A stretch of DNA of 64,000 nucleotides, taken from assembly GCF_001194135.2 (NCBI RefSeq), contig NC_069000.1:33708032-33772031 (forward strand), written 5' to 3'. Positions 48,901 to 61,017 of this stretch are shown piece after piece. The position numbers and the translations under genes were made by a program. The notes under the pieces are model-generated. The model did not search any database and was not told the DNA's origin. It saw only the letters and a list, made by a program, of their open reading frames with translations. Each line of letters begins with the position of its first letter. The stretch's first letter is position 1. This DNA comes from Octopus bimaculoides (lineage: Eukaryota).

Positions 48901-50091
48901 GAACAGGTACTGGTAAAAAAATTACCAAAATAAGTATGGGGTCGATTAATTCGACCAAACCCTTCAATGAGGTGCCCCAGGATGGTCACAGTTCAATGAA
49001 TGAAACAAGTAAAAGATAAACAATATTTACAAGATTAATCTATCCAAGAAAGTTCGAGGATTAACAACGGACTGCTGACTAAATTACCACAAAATTTCAC
49101 CTTTTGGGGCAGGATCGTATTCTCCTATATCGGAAACATAGAAATCCGAAAAATTTTGGAAAAATATTAATAAAAAAAACATCGGAAATGGGTGGTGTGC
49201 ACGCGCTTTACCTTCGCCAGAACATCGACTGAATATCTTCTATCAGCTACCTTCGAGGTACAGTTGTTACCGCTGTTTTTGTTTAATTTTGATCATACTA
49301 ACGCCATACCCTTTTATCTATTTCTCTATTTTCCCCGAAGAATCTACACACCCGAAAAATCAGAATTTGTAACGAACTAGATAATTTTAAACTCTACACA
49401 GATGCGGACTACAACTTCGATGGTTTTTAAGGTGATCATTGTTTTTTTGTTTTTTTTAAGGTACATATATACCGCTGCGTAGGCGATCTTTAATAACAAT
49501 AACAGGTTAATGGTTTCGAATTCTGGCACATAGGAGGGTGTATGTTGATTATATCGACAACTGTGTCCAACAGGTATTTATTTTATCGACACCGAAAGGA
49601 TGAAAGGCAAAGTCAACCTAGGCGGAATTTGAACCCAGAACGTAAAAAGCCAGAAGAAATGCTGCTAAGTATTTTGTCCGATTCCCTAACGATTCTACGA
49701 ATAAGAATAAGAAATTCTGCTAGGTATTTTGACTCCCTAACGATTCTACGAGCTTGCCACCTTAATAATCCTAATGATAGGTATACAAGCCAACAAACCA
49801 GAAGCCGTTACGTCGTCGCTCAGATTGATAGAAGAGGTAGTCGAATGCTTCTTCTTAATTCAGATTGAAATAGAGAAATAAAAATTTGTTTGTCCTGCAT
49901 ATACAATGTCTGAAGCAATGATAATAAAAAAACGGGGTGGTTACATCTGTTCGATGAAAATTAGGTAAGAAGGGTAATGATTAAATGAAATTATCGAAAA
50001 TATAAAAAAAATAACTCACTTCATCGCATAATCCTTTAACCTCATCATTAATATCTTTTTTCTCAGACAATCCTCCACACATTGTAGACAT
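40707..50091 (-). CDS. CSTB: Stefin gene C: type-1 cystatin (cystatin A/B-like), join(50020-50091,41796-41897,40707-40826), 97 aa
   Basis: Manual splice gives MSTMCGGLSEKKDINDEVKGLCDE|LKQKMEEKLDKTFEKFEALHYKQQLVSGMNYFVK|IHIGNEEFVHARIYKPLFDAGELTSIKGSLALADEIEYF*. It has the N-terminal Gly, the QxVxG motif (QLVSG), a stefin-type C-terminus and no signal peptide. Both introns are GT-AG, phase 0, at the positions known for vertebrate CSTA/CSTB. The symbol means family-level similarity, not demonstrated one-to-one orthology. Confidence 0.92.
41415..41757 (-). mobile_element. tRNA-derived SINE with poly-A tail and TSD in intron 2 of gene C
   Basis: Head GGCCCAGTGG (A box) and GGTTTCAATTCC (B-box-like); TSD ACAGCTATGGAG at 41403-41414 and 41758-41769. 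Confidence 0.85.
41796..41897 (-). CDS. Stefin C exon 2 (contains QLVSG)
   Basis: Acceptor tttgtttccag|TTA, donor AAG|gtaatt; 102 nt; open. Confidence 0.93.
43255..43640 (-). mobile_element. Second copy of the same tRNA-derived SINE
   Basis: Aligns along its length with 41415-41757. Confidence 0.85.
45130..46330 (-). mobile_element. RTE-clade LINE reverse transcriptase (5'-truncated, frameshifted) in intron 1 of gene C
   Basis: VGVDQGSVLSPLLF...LYADDLAL...FRYLGD...RIRIAWAKLREL...LHGSKTWA. Confidence 0.88.
47100..47410. repeat. Degenerate (TCTA/ATCTT) low-complexity tract
   Basis: Seen directly. Confidence 0.85.
50020..50091 (-). CDS. Stefin C exon 1 (MSTMCGGLSEKKDINDEVKGLCDE)
   Basis: ATG at 50091 (second ATG at 50082); donor GAA|gtgagt; 72 nt. 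Confidence 0.9.
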
Positions 50092-50165
50092 CGTGATAAA
50101 TGAGGGAAGAGTCAGCAGATCCACTGGTTAACAATGAAGTGCGCTAAAGCTTGTTTGGGTGGTTG

Positions 50166-50171
50166 TTTATA
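50166..50171 (-). promoter_or_regulatory. Putative TATA box of stefin C
   Basis: TATAAA about 75 nt upstream of the ATG, inside a block conserved with gene A (TATAGA at 10324-10329). Confidence 0.5.
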
Positions 50172-52082
50172 AACTAGTGTGCAACGGTAGAAGTTTTCTA
50201 ATGAGAATGAAATCTATGGAAGCTGCTACACGCAAAAATGCGTTATTTCCAGTTATAACAAATTTCCCGACTCATTTATGATTTATTCTTTTACGTGCTT
50301 CCGTCATTTGACTGCGATCTCGCTTCGAAGGCTTTAGTCGATCGAATCGACCACAGTGCTATTTCCTTTTTATTCTAGTTCTTATTCTATCCGCCTCTTT
50401 TGCTCAACAGCTAATTACAAGATGTAAAACAAGCCAACACAGATTATCAAGTGGCGTGGAGACAAATACAAAAACAAGCGCATACGCACACATGTATACA
50501 TAGAGACATACATATAGATATAGGGGTATACCAACACAAATGTGCACCACCACCCAAACACACAACTTTGTTTCCTCATATCTTTCAGAAAAATGTTTTG
50601 TTTTGTTTTTTGTTTTACGAAATTCTCCATCAATACCTTTCACAGTGTGCAAATTACAATTATTTCAGAATTTAATATGAAAAAAAATAATAATAAAATG
50701 GTTGGTTCACACACATACTTACTGACTGGCACATTACAATTTTCTTTAGAAATTCCAAGTTTCATTTTGCAGATATATGTGATGTGCATTAGTATGTATT
50801 TGTGAGAACCCACCGTTTTTCTTTTCTTTCTTTTCATATTAAATTCTGATATAATCGTAATCTACACCATCTGAAAAATATTTGTAGAAAATTTCATTAA
50901 AACATGGCCATTTTTCTGAAAGTTAGGAGGAAACAAAGCCAACTCGGGTGAAATCTCCGAAAGTCCTCTTCCTNNNNNNNNNNNNNNNNNNNNNNNNNNN
51001 NNNNNNNNNNNNNNNNNNNNNNNNNNNNNNNNNNNNNNNNNNNNNNNNNNNNNNNNNNNNNNNNNNNNNNNNNNNNNNNNNNNNNNNNNNNNNNNNNNNN
51101 NNNNNNNNNNNNNNNNNNNNNNNNNNNNNNNNNNNNNNNNNNNNNNNNNNNNNNNNNNNNNNNNNNNNNNNNNNNNNNNNNNNNNNNNNNNNNNNNNNNN
51201 NNNNNNNNNNNNNNTATATATATATATATATATGTGTGTGTGTATATATATATGTATGTATGAGTGTTTTTGTGTGTGTTTGTCCCCCCACCATCTCTTG
51301 ACAGCCGATGCTGGTATGTTTACGTCCCCGTAACTTAGCGCTTCGGCAAAAAGAGACCGATAGAATAAGTACAAGGGTTATAAAGGAATAAGTCCTGGGG
51401 TCGATTTGCTCGACTAAAGGCGGTGCTCCAGCATGGCCGCAGTCAAATGACTGAAACAAGTAAAGAGTAAGTTATGAGGAAACAGAGTCGGGTGGAGCAC
51501 ACTTGTGTATGTTGATATACGATGGGCTTCCACAGTGTTCATCTGCTAAATCCACTTGCAAGGCATTGGTCGGCCCGTGTAGTGAGATTAAGCCCGAAAT
51601 AAGTTGCGAACCGAACTTCTAACATTATTCCTCACCCAACCCGTTATTACAATCAATGGACAGAGCGTAGTATTCAGGTAACAGTTTCAATAAAATATTT
51701 TACGAAAGAATTTGGTGCTTCAATTCCATTTTTGATTATGTATACATCATTTAACGTCCATAATCAAATTTTATATACACACAAAAACGATGCGCTGAAT
51801 TTTTCATGTGCAGAACTGTAGGTTCACGAATAAATATCATTTGACTTTTTAGAATACTGTAAAATTTGTTAGAAATTACATATATGATATTTCGGACATT
51901 ATTTATGGGATGACGTCATATATTAAGATGATACGAATAAGATTTAATGCAAGTTGAGAGAATTAAAAATTAACATTTGGTACTTGATTGTTTTTGTACG
52001 GAAACATGCAGCACTTGTCAATTTGTCACCGCTTTCATTTTCTCTCCACATAAATTCCTTCCAATGTCATTGAAAAATAGTA

Positions 52083-53437
52083 CAGTAGAACCTCGCAGTA
52101 CGAGTGCACCAATGTACGAGTAATTTGCTGTACGAGCCGAGGCTCGTGCAAACTTTTGTTTTGAAGTACGAGTGGACATCCGCAATACGAGCGAGTTTCA
52201 TACAAGCGACCGTTAGTCAGCGCTCTCCCCACAGGCGCAGCCTCCACTCGCTCAGTTAACGAATTTATCTCGTTGTGACAGCATCCCTGTTGTGTTTTTC
52301 CTAGTGTTATTTTTTCTATTTTGTGCGGAGTTTGGGGGAGTTTTTTGCTTGTTATTATTTTATAATTAGTTGTGTTAGCCATGGGTCCTAAGAAGGTTAG
52401 TGCAAAGGACAGTGCTAAGAAGAAGGAAGAGCTGATTGCGATAGAATTGAAGAAGGAAATCATTGATAAACATGAGAGAGGAGTGGGCGTAGTGGACATA
52501 GCAAGTCAATACGACCGAAACACGTCGACGATTTGCACCATCCTGAATAAAGAGGACGAGATTAAGGCCTTTACAACAGAAAAGGGTGTCCCCAGGCTCT
52601 CTGAAGAGATGGAAAAATTGCACGATGGCAGCTGAGGATTTCGTGCATGAATGCCGTCAGCTCATCGTATCCGTGGGGTACATCGCACAATAGGTATTCA
52701 ACTGTGATGAAACTGGCTTTTTTTTTATTGGAAAAAAATGCCCAAAAGAACCTATATAACTGCAGAGGAGAAGAAAATAGCAGTCCACAAGCCTATGAAA
52801 GACAGGTTAACTCTCACCCTTTGTGCCAAAGCGAATGGAGACTTGAAGATTAAGCTGCTCCTTGTCTACCATTCCGACAACCCACGAGCGTTCAAGTCGC
52901 GCAAAATTCTGAAGGAGATGCTACAAACGTTAAAGCCTGGGTCAACAGGCAATTCTTCGGACCAGCAGTGAAAAAATACCTTCTGAAGAACGATCTTCCT
53001 CTCAGGGCCCTCCTCATCCTCAACAATGCTCCTGCTCACCCTCCTAATTTCGAAGATGATATCCTGAACGAATTTGAATTCATAAAAGTTCTATACCTTT
53101 CGCGCAGCACCACCCCTATCTTGCAGCCCATGAACGAACAGGTGATTTCTAATTTTAAGAAATTGTACACCAAACACCTATTTCATCGGTGCTTTGAATT
53201 CACCGAAAATATAAATCTAACCCTTCGTGAGTTTTGGAAAGAGCACTACAACATTGTTAACTGCCTGAAAATCATCAACATGTCCCGGCAGAGTGTAACG
53301 AGGAGAATTCTGCATGGAGGAAACCGTGGCCTGACTGCCTATCCGAAAGAAACTTCGAGGGGTTTGAGTCTGAGAGGGGTTTGAGTCTGATTTGTAAAAC
53401 GAGCTCAGTCATGGAACGAATTAAACTCGTACTGCGA
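52083..53437 (+). mobile_element. Tigger/pogo DNA transposon relic (CENP-B HTH plus DDE)
   Basis: TA|CAGTAGAACCTCGCAGTACGAG left TIR and partial right TIR CTCGTACTGCGA; MGPKKVS...ELKKEIIDKHERG, FNCDETG, KPMKDRLT, LLILNNAPAHP. Confidence 0.88.
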
Positions 53438-54475
53438 CAACCCACGAGTGTTCAAGTTGCGCAAAATCCTGAAGGAGTCGCTGCAGGTCATGTGGAGGAC
53501 AAACTTTAAAGTATTTGTAATTCATAAGAGAGAATATCACTTCAAAATGAGAACAATACTTTCAAAATGAACACGTATAACTTCAAAATGAGATTCGCGA
53601 TTTCAGATTGCACACTGTTGACATTACAAACGATGTTATGATGTCTTAATGTTATTTTTTCCTACAATTAATTTCACTTTGAAGTTATGTCTCATTTTGA
53701 AATCAATCACCTCACTTTGAAGAGGCAAGGTTTCATGTTGAAGTAGCTTATGCTTACGTATACTGACAGAAGTTGTTGTAAATTGTTTGGTCCCTCTATT
53801 GTATTTTAGCCTCCTTACAAAAGTATTCGATGGATTTGCTATAAATATTAGCATTTTCATGATCCACATGATTTATTTCGTGTAGAACCACGTCATGCAT
53901 GGATTTCCTCTGAATTTGCATATTTAGGCATATACGGTCCAATTACATTAGTACCTAGACAAATACAGGTACATCAAATACCATACAACATAAATTCTTG
54001 ATTTATTAAAATTAACGCTGCCTCTAGAGGATGTATCATAATTACCAAATCGTAATTAAATCCAGACGAGGAGATAATCTCAAGATTCAAGAGTTTCTCC
54101 AAAGTTGACATGTCTTTAAAAAGAAGGACAAAGTTATTGTCTGGTGATTAGAGAAGAGTCGTGGACACGTGTTTCTGGTTCAGTGATTCTAATGTTCTCT
54201 TTTATTTATATTTTTTCCTTTCTAACAACAAAAGACGGATCTTTTTTAAAACGGGGGCCACATTTTTCATTAACGAAACACTTTGAAACTTGGAACACTG
54301 GTAGAATGTGTCATATAAAACATCTTTTTCTCTTAGTCTTCTTTAAAAAAAAAGAAATCCATAAGTTATTCCATGTTAAAGTTGTCGTATTTCTGTAATT
54401 TCAACCAATCACTGACGTCCATTCAGCCGATATACATTAAGTGCCGACTACATAAACAAACGATTCTGAAACAAT

Positions 54476-54531
54476 TAACCCTAACCCTAACCCTAACCCT
54501 AGGGTTAGGGTTAGGGTTAGGGTTAGGGTTA
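54476..54531. repeat. Palindromic telomere-type repeat (TAACCC)4-TA-(GGGTTA)5
   Basis: Seen directly. Confidence 0.95.
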
Positions 54532-55297
54532 AAGCAAATTTAAAATGAAAAAAGCAAATAAAACGAAGGTATGGAGATTAAATACGCTTTACATCGCTTA
54601 ATCAGCCGAAGGNNNNNNNNNNNNNNNNNNNNNNNNNNNNNNNNNNNNNNNNNNNNNNNNNNNNNNNNNNNNNNNNNNNNNNNNNNNNNNNNNNNNNNNN
54701 NNNNNNNNNNNNNNNNNNNNNNNNNNNNNNNNNNNNNNNNNNNNNNNNNNNNNNNNNNNNCTGGTTCAAACCGTATTATCCCGGATACAACGATCTGAAT
54801 AATAAACTATTGTTCATTAATTGCGACTAATAAAAACAAAGAAAAGACTATAATTATATATATATATACTTTTTCAATTCCTGTTTCAGATCATTATCTG
54901 CGGGATATCCGTGTCTCTAGTTATAGGTTTCCATTGGGTCAACCACTACTTTATATAGAGTAAATATCTCAACGGATAACATTCGCAAAGCACCAATTTT
55001 CAGGCTTTTCTCGTCGCTTCCCCCCCCCCACACACACACACACATTCTAGAAAGCTACCCATCGTTGTCTGGGAATTTACGCAATCTTAGGAATTTTTTA
55101 AAAAACTACCCTCATTGTTACTGTCTTTCTTTTTCCAAATGGCGGATGAGAATCATACTAATTCCGTATAAATTATATTATATCAAGCAAATTATTTCAG
55201 CTGTTATAACAGTGTTGATATTCTTAGAGTTTTAGCTGAGGTTCATTAACCCGTTTACCTACTATAAAAGGAATACCATAAATGCATTTATGAAGTG

Positions 55298-55434
55298 CCC
55301 ATACATACATACATACATACATTCATACATACATACATACATTCATACATACATGCACAGACAGACAGACAGGCAGACAGACAGATAGGTAAGTAGGTAG
55401 GTAAGTAGGTAAGTAGGTAGGTAGGTAGGCAGGC

Positions 55435-55523
<89 letters not shown>

Positions 55524-55525
55524 TA
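55298..55525. repeat. Compound tetranucleotide microsatellite (ACAT/AGAC/GTAG/GATA)
   Basis: Seen directly; similar tracts at 57740-57985 and 63000-63062. Confidence 0.9.
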
Positions 55526-57870
55526 GCTGCATACGTACAAACATATGGCTGTTCCGACGTTTGTTTATTTTAACTAATGATTAAAGTAATTCAAAGTGTG
55601 ATAGTTATCTCCCCCTGACAAAATATCTATATGTGGTATTAATGTAATCGTGTAAATGCACAAGAGAAATACATAGGTAAAACATGCCAGCCATATTAGT
55701 TTTCATTAAACTATATTGTTTGGTCATTGTTATAGCAGTGGCCATCCTATTTTCATTGCTCAAAACTCCATACAAAAACAGAGAACAATGTGAAGTATAT
55801 CAGCAGATTGTCATACTGCACCCCATACAAATTAGATTGTACAATATGGTCTTCGTCTCGGTGGAAACACGGTATATCTGGACCAATATATTTTAGGTAC
55901 TTCGTTATTTGTGACATAATTTTGCTCAACCGGTCCTGAGGTTAAACAACAAAAATGAATTGTTTTAATGATAACACGGTGTTGGTTACGTAGGATATGA
56001 CTGCGTTTTATTACAGCAGACTTTCAGCATTGTTCCGTATGATGTCCTACATTTGTCGTATAATTAACAACTCTATCTAACCCCTATAAACGCAATGTTA
56101 AAAGTACACATTTCTAATAAATACAAATATTTAACATGTGTGTCAATGATACAACCTTTGAACCAACAATCATCCGAGGAAACTAGTTACAAGATACAGA
56201 TTTACATAGGCTGGGGAAAAAGGAAAATAAAATAAGTTAATATAATAATCCAAACGAGATGTCTAGATTACATAAGGTGCTTTAAAATGAGGTGTCTAGG
56301 GTACTTTTTTTTTTTTTGAGCCCTAGGACTCATAAGACAGGTTACTTGGTTTCCACGACTCCTGAACGGGACGCCAGCCCGTTGCTAGATTCAAGGCTTG
56401 CAATTTTGAGGGGAAGAGGCAAGTCGATTACATCAAACTTAGTGCTTGAATGGTACTTTATTTTATCGATACCGAAGGAATGAAAGGCCAAATTGACCTC
56501 GGCGAATTTGGATGTAAGAAAGATGGGAAAAGCGTTTGAAGTGTCTGTGTAATTGTCAGGGAAGAAACTAGTTGATGTAGAAATTTGAGGGTCGCAAAAA
56601 AATTCGCTTTCTGCGCCGACACATTATGCTGCGATGACTGTGGGGGAATCAAGAGAAAACTTGTGAGCATTGGAAACACCGTAAGCCGATGATATTGGAG
56701 ACGGGTGAAGTTAAAATAAATATCCTCGACATGGTCGAAGAATTTGTCGGCGGATGGAGATCATCTGGGAAGATCAGAGGTAACAAACGTATTTGGAGGA
56801 GGAGGAGGAGGAGGGGGAGGGGAGGGAGAGTCTTTGAACAGAGTCTCGAGAAGTCTTTGTTTCTGATTTCCTGATGAGAGTAGTGAGTATATCGTGTTCA
56901 GTGGAATGTATGTAAACGCAGACACCGTCTCTCGGAGTAATAGTTGAGTGGGATTCTAGATTAAAGTTAAGAGATCTGCGTCTCGGAGAAGAACAGGATG
57001 TATGGTTTGTATGTTATCAAGAGGAGATGTGTAAGATCCACATATTTATTACAGAAAAGGGTGGGAATTAACCAGCGGGTTTAAGATTTTAGTTCGGTGT
57101 ATATAGGGAACTCTAGACGGTGATAGCTCGCAACAAGCCACGAACCAGGAGCCTGACCCCAGTGTTTGCAATAGAGCGAATTCTGTTTAAAAGTAGCTAA
57201 GGGCCAGAAGGTAGTGTTAAGACGGGTGGCACGGTTTTATTTTAACTGACTGGTAATTGAATTTATATATTTTGAGCAGTGACCTTTACAGATGGATGTC
57301 CTTCCAGTAACTAAGCTCTCAGCAGATCGGAAATGGAGTCATTTTCAAATATGCAAGTTATAATGAATAAAGTTTTGAGCCCCGTCGATGTCTGCAACAT
57401 GGTCTGAAAACATGATAATACAGACACTTCAATTAAAATCACGGCCGGATTATAATGATAAATGCTGCAAACAATACCCTCAACGAGTCTCATTAGCAAA
57501 CGTATCTGAAATAAGATAATTTAGAAAACTTGTATTTCTGTTCTGTTAATCACTACTTCAGTGATAAAGTGTTGGGCTGGTTATCAATTTTATTGCTTTC
57601 AAGTGATTCCCCAGTGTAAGATGACCCTACAATAATTCTATTTTAATCTCTAATCAGAAGAATGAGATAGCATTTTATCTGACAACTGGTGATATTAAAC
57701 CTCCTTATTTTGTTCATATAAGCATTGCTTTATAAATTACAGACAGACATACAGACACACAGACACAGACACACAGACACACAGACACACAGATAGACAG
57801 ACACACAGATAGACAGACACACAAACAGGCAGACAGACACACAAACAAACAGGCAGACAGACAGACATAA

Positions 57871-57903
<33 letters not shown>

Positions 57904-57936
57904 CTGACAGGCAGGCAGACAGAAAAACAGACAGAC

Positions 57937-57987
<51 letters not shown>

Positions 57988-59039
57988 TTGTGGAAGATTC
58001 AGCTGCTATCTTTAACAGGTTGAGCCCCACGTCTGGGTATCTTACTCGGCTCATCTCCATTTTTAATTTTAAGAAAAAGTAGACAACGGAAAAGAAAAAC
58101 AATGGCGGAAAAAAAAAAACAAACGCTTTAATTGTACAATCATTAAAATTGTTTATTCTTCCACAAAACGATATATTCATTTAAGGTCAATGAGATCTGG
58201 AAAAGTTGATCTGTGTTTATCAGTTATTTAAACTGATTCATACTGCAGATGTATAAAATATCGTAACATATAAATGATGGGAGAGAAATTAAACGAGTGA
58301 ATAAGGAATTATCTCCCCTGAACCTGGAAACTCGGGATTATTATAGTTATAGTTATCCGCCATCATTTGACGAGTCCACTTTTGAAAGGTTTCGTTTTTC
58401 ACCAAATAATTTCACTTTTTTGTTAACACTTTTGCTTCAGCTTTACACCAACACACAATCCCTCTACACAGAGATGATATGAACTTCAAAGTAAAATATT
58501 TTTAACGTAAGAAATGCTTAAAAAGGTAAAGGACTCTTCAAAAGGAGACGTATTCAACCAAGTAACGATTTCAAGATTAACGAAGTTGTAGTAGTACAAT
58601 GCCTGAGACTTCATGAGTTATTTACCAGTGCTCACTCATTACGAAAATTATGTTGTAACCTCTTTAAAGAACACTGTCACAGAGTGTTAATAAAATCTCT
58701 TTTAAGATATTATGCTACTCAGTATTCATTCACGAAAAAAACTATATATTTTTCTATTTACTCTAAGGTACAACAACGGTTAGAATGATGAGGTCTAATA
58801 CAACCGAAACTTGTCGAGAGGCTATTTTTTTTTTTATTTGATTTATTTTGATTAATTAAAATATCAACACGTCTCCTGCTCCTATATTTTTTTTTTAAAC
58901 CAGAATTAGTTATTTACAAAATTACTATTCTCGTCATTAAATTTGTAATTTGAATTAAGTAAAAAAATATTTGGTTTACATTACAACTAATTTTTTTATG
59001 GAGCGAGTATCGCTGATGTATTTTTCCTATGCCATTCAT

Positions 59040-59390
59040 CACGTGGCCAAGTGGCTAGATGTTGCACTCACAATCGTCAGATCGTAGGTTCGATTCCTGG
59101 ACCGGGCGGTTTGTTGCGTTCTTGGGCAAAACACTTTATATCACGTTTCTCTAATGCTGTGTGGGGCCCATTATGTCAAAGAATAAACCCAACGTTTCCT
59201 CTGCGTGTCGTAAAAGGTGACTACGAGAGATAGGTTTCTCATTCGGACCTCATAAAACCCTCACCAGCAACGACTGCCCAAATAGAACTAAAGGTCGAAG
59301 GGTTCTCGCCTGAGTGGTGCAAAGGGGTCATTCGCCAGGAGTAGGAAAGCACCAATGAATGGCGGATGCAAAGACGTGCTGTTTCAATGT
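59040..59390 (+). mobile_element. tRNA-derived SINE (third family)
   Basis: A box TGGCCAAGTGG and B box GGTTCGATTCC, then TTGGGCAA core. Confidence 0.65.
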
Positions 59391-61017
59391 TGACTGTTTC
59401 GTAAGATGAATATCGAAGTATCAGGCAAATATCAATGTAGAATGCGAATATATTGATTTAAGCAAATGGTTTTTCTATAACAAATATGATACTTAAATGA
59501 AAGGTTATCATTTCCTGTTTTCTGTGTTTGATTTCTGTTCTGTTTCTTTTCATTGTTATCTATTTTCCAGGGCAGATGTGCATTTGTAAATGACATTTAG
59601 TATTCCATTCTCAATTCCAATATTAATCAATTCGTTGATCAACCAAGTGCTTCCTTTTTGAAGATTTATTATATATTTTATTCCTGCTACATTGCTTGAA
59701 GAGCTGCGAGGTTTTCTGAGATAAAATATCTTCTGTAAATATGAGATCAAAACATTTTCTTCTACTCTTGAAGTTAATTTTCCCCCAGTTAAATACAAAA
59801 TTTGCACCTTTCCCCATCATGGAGTAATTTATATATGTTCATTGTTCACACCTACCAAAACAGTGACGTAAAAATGACAGCTATTTCAGTCAGATATTCG
59901 CAATTAATTACATTTCTCAGCTATATATTTTCTCAATTATATATGTTATCTTAGTTATGCAATACTGATTGTCGCTCAATTTCTTGTCAGTGTGGTCTGT
60001 TTGATCTGTGCTCCCGCAAGAAAATACTTAAATTATGAAGTAAAAGATCGAATGCATTTGCTTTTAATTATTTACTGCATACTTAGAATTATATTAAAGT
60101 TGATGGAAATAATTTGGTTGCAAAAAAATGTGGATGCAGGAATTAGTTCCCTTACATCCAAACAATTATGTAATGTTCTACTGAACACATCGATGGAGAA
60201 ATATCGGTTTCAAATAATATCGGTTTCAAATAAGGCGACGAGCTGACAGAAACGTTAGCACCCCGGGCGAAATGTTTAGCGCTGTTTTGTCTGTCCTTAC
60301 GTTCTGAATTCAAATTCCGCCGAGGTCGACTTTGCCTTTCATCCTTTCGGGGTCGGTAAATTAAGTACCAGTCGCGTACTGGGTCGATCTAATTTGACTG
60401 GTCCCCTACCCAAAAAAATTTTGGCACAATGCCAGCAAGTTCGGGATATTTATTTAATCGACCCCGAAAGGATGAAAGGCAAAGTCGAACTCGGTGGCAT
60501 TTAAACTCAGAACGTAAAGACGGATGAAATGCCGCTAAGCATTTTGTCCGGCGTGCTAACGATTCTTCCAGCTCGCCGCCTTCAGATGGACAATATTACT
60601 GTATCTAAGGATATGTTTATGTACGTTTTACTAGCAGTTGACCTACGCTCAAAAGGTTAGTTCAACAGCCTACTTGTTGTTGTCGTCGTCGTCGTCTCCG
60701 TTTTTGCTGCTGCTGCTGCTGCTGCCGTTGTCGTTATTTAGTCCCAGATCCGACCCGATTCGAGACGCACGTGACCAAAAGCTGTCATCATCATTTTTTA
60801 ACAACGCAATTCAAACCACATTATTCAGTGAGTCCTTTTTTTTTTTAACTGCCGTGTGATTTGAGGGAGATTTGGTTGCTATCTCTAGGATATCTAACGA
60901 CTACCTAGAAGTTCCTTTATTACCGCGGCCTGATATAGTCCAACTTATATATAGGCTAACTTGTTTATAAAGTAAACGCAGTAAAGATGTAATAAGTTGA
61001 TGAATTATAAACAACCG

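Noticed and set aside
54476-54531. Possible ancestral telomere-telomere fusion site
   Set aside because: The orientation is (CCCTAA)n then (TTAGGG)n, opposite to a fusion, and the array is very short.
56520-57200. Possible degraded LINE ORF1/endonuclease on the minus strand
   Set aside because: Only faint, broken motif resemblance; it cannot be supported without a profile search.
59040-59120. tRNA genes at SINE heads (also 41680-41757 and 43560-43640)
   Set aside because: A and B boxes are present, but there is no complete cloverleaf and the sequence continues into SINE bodies.
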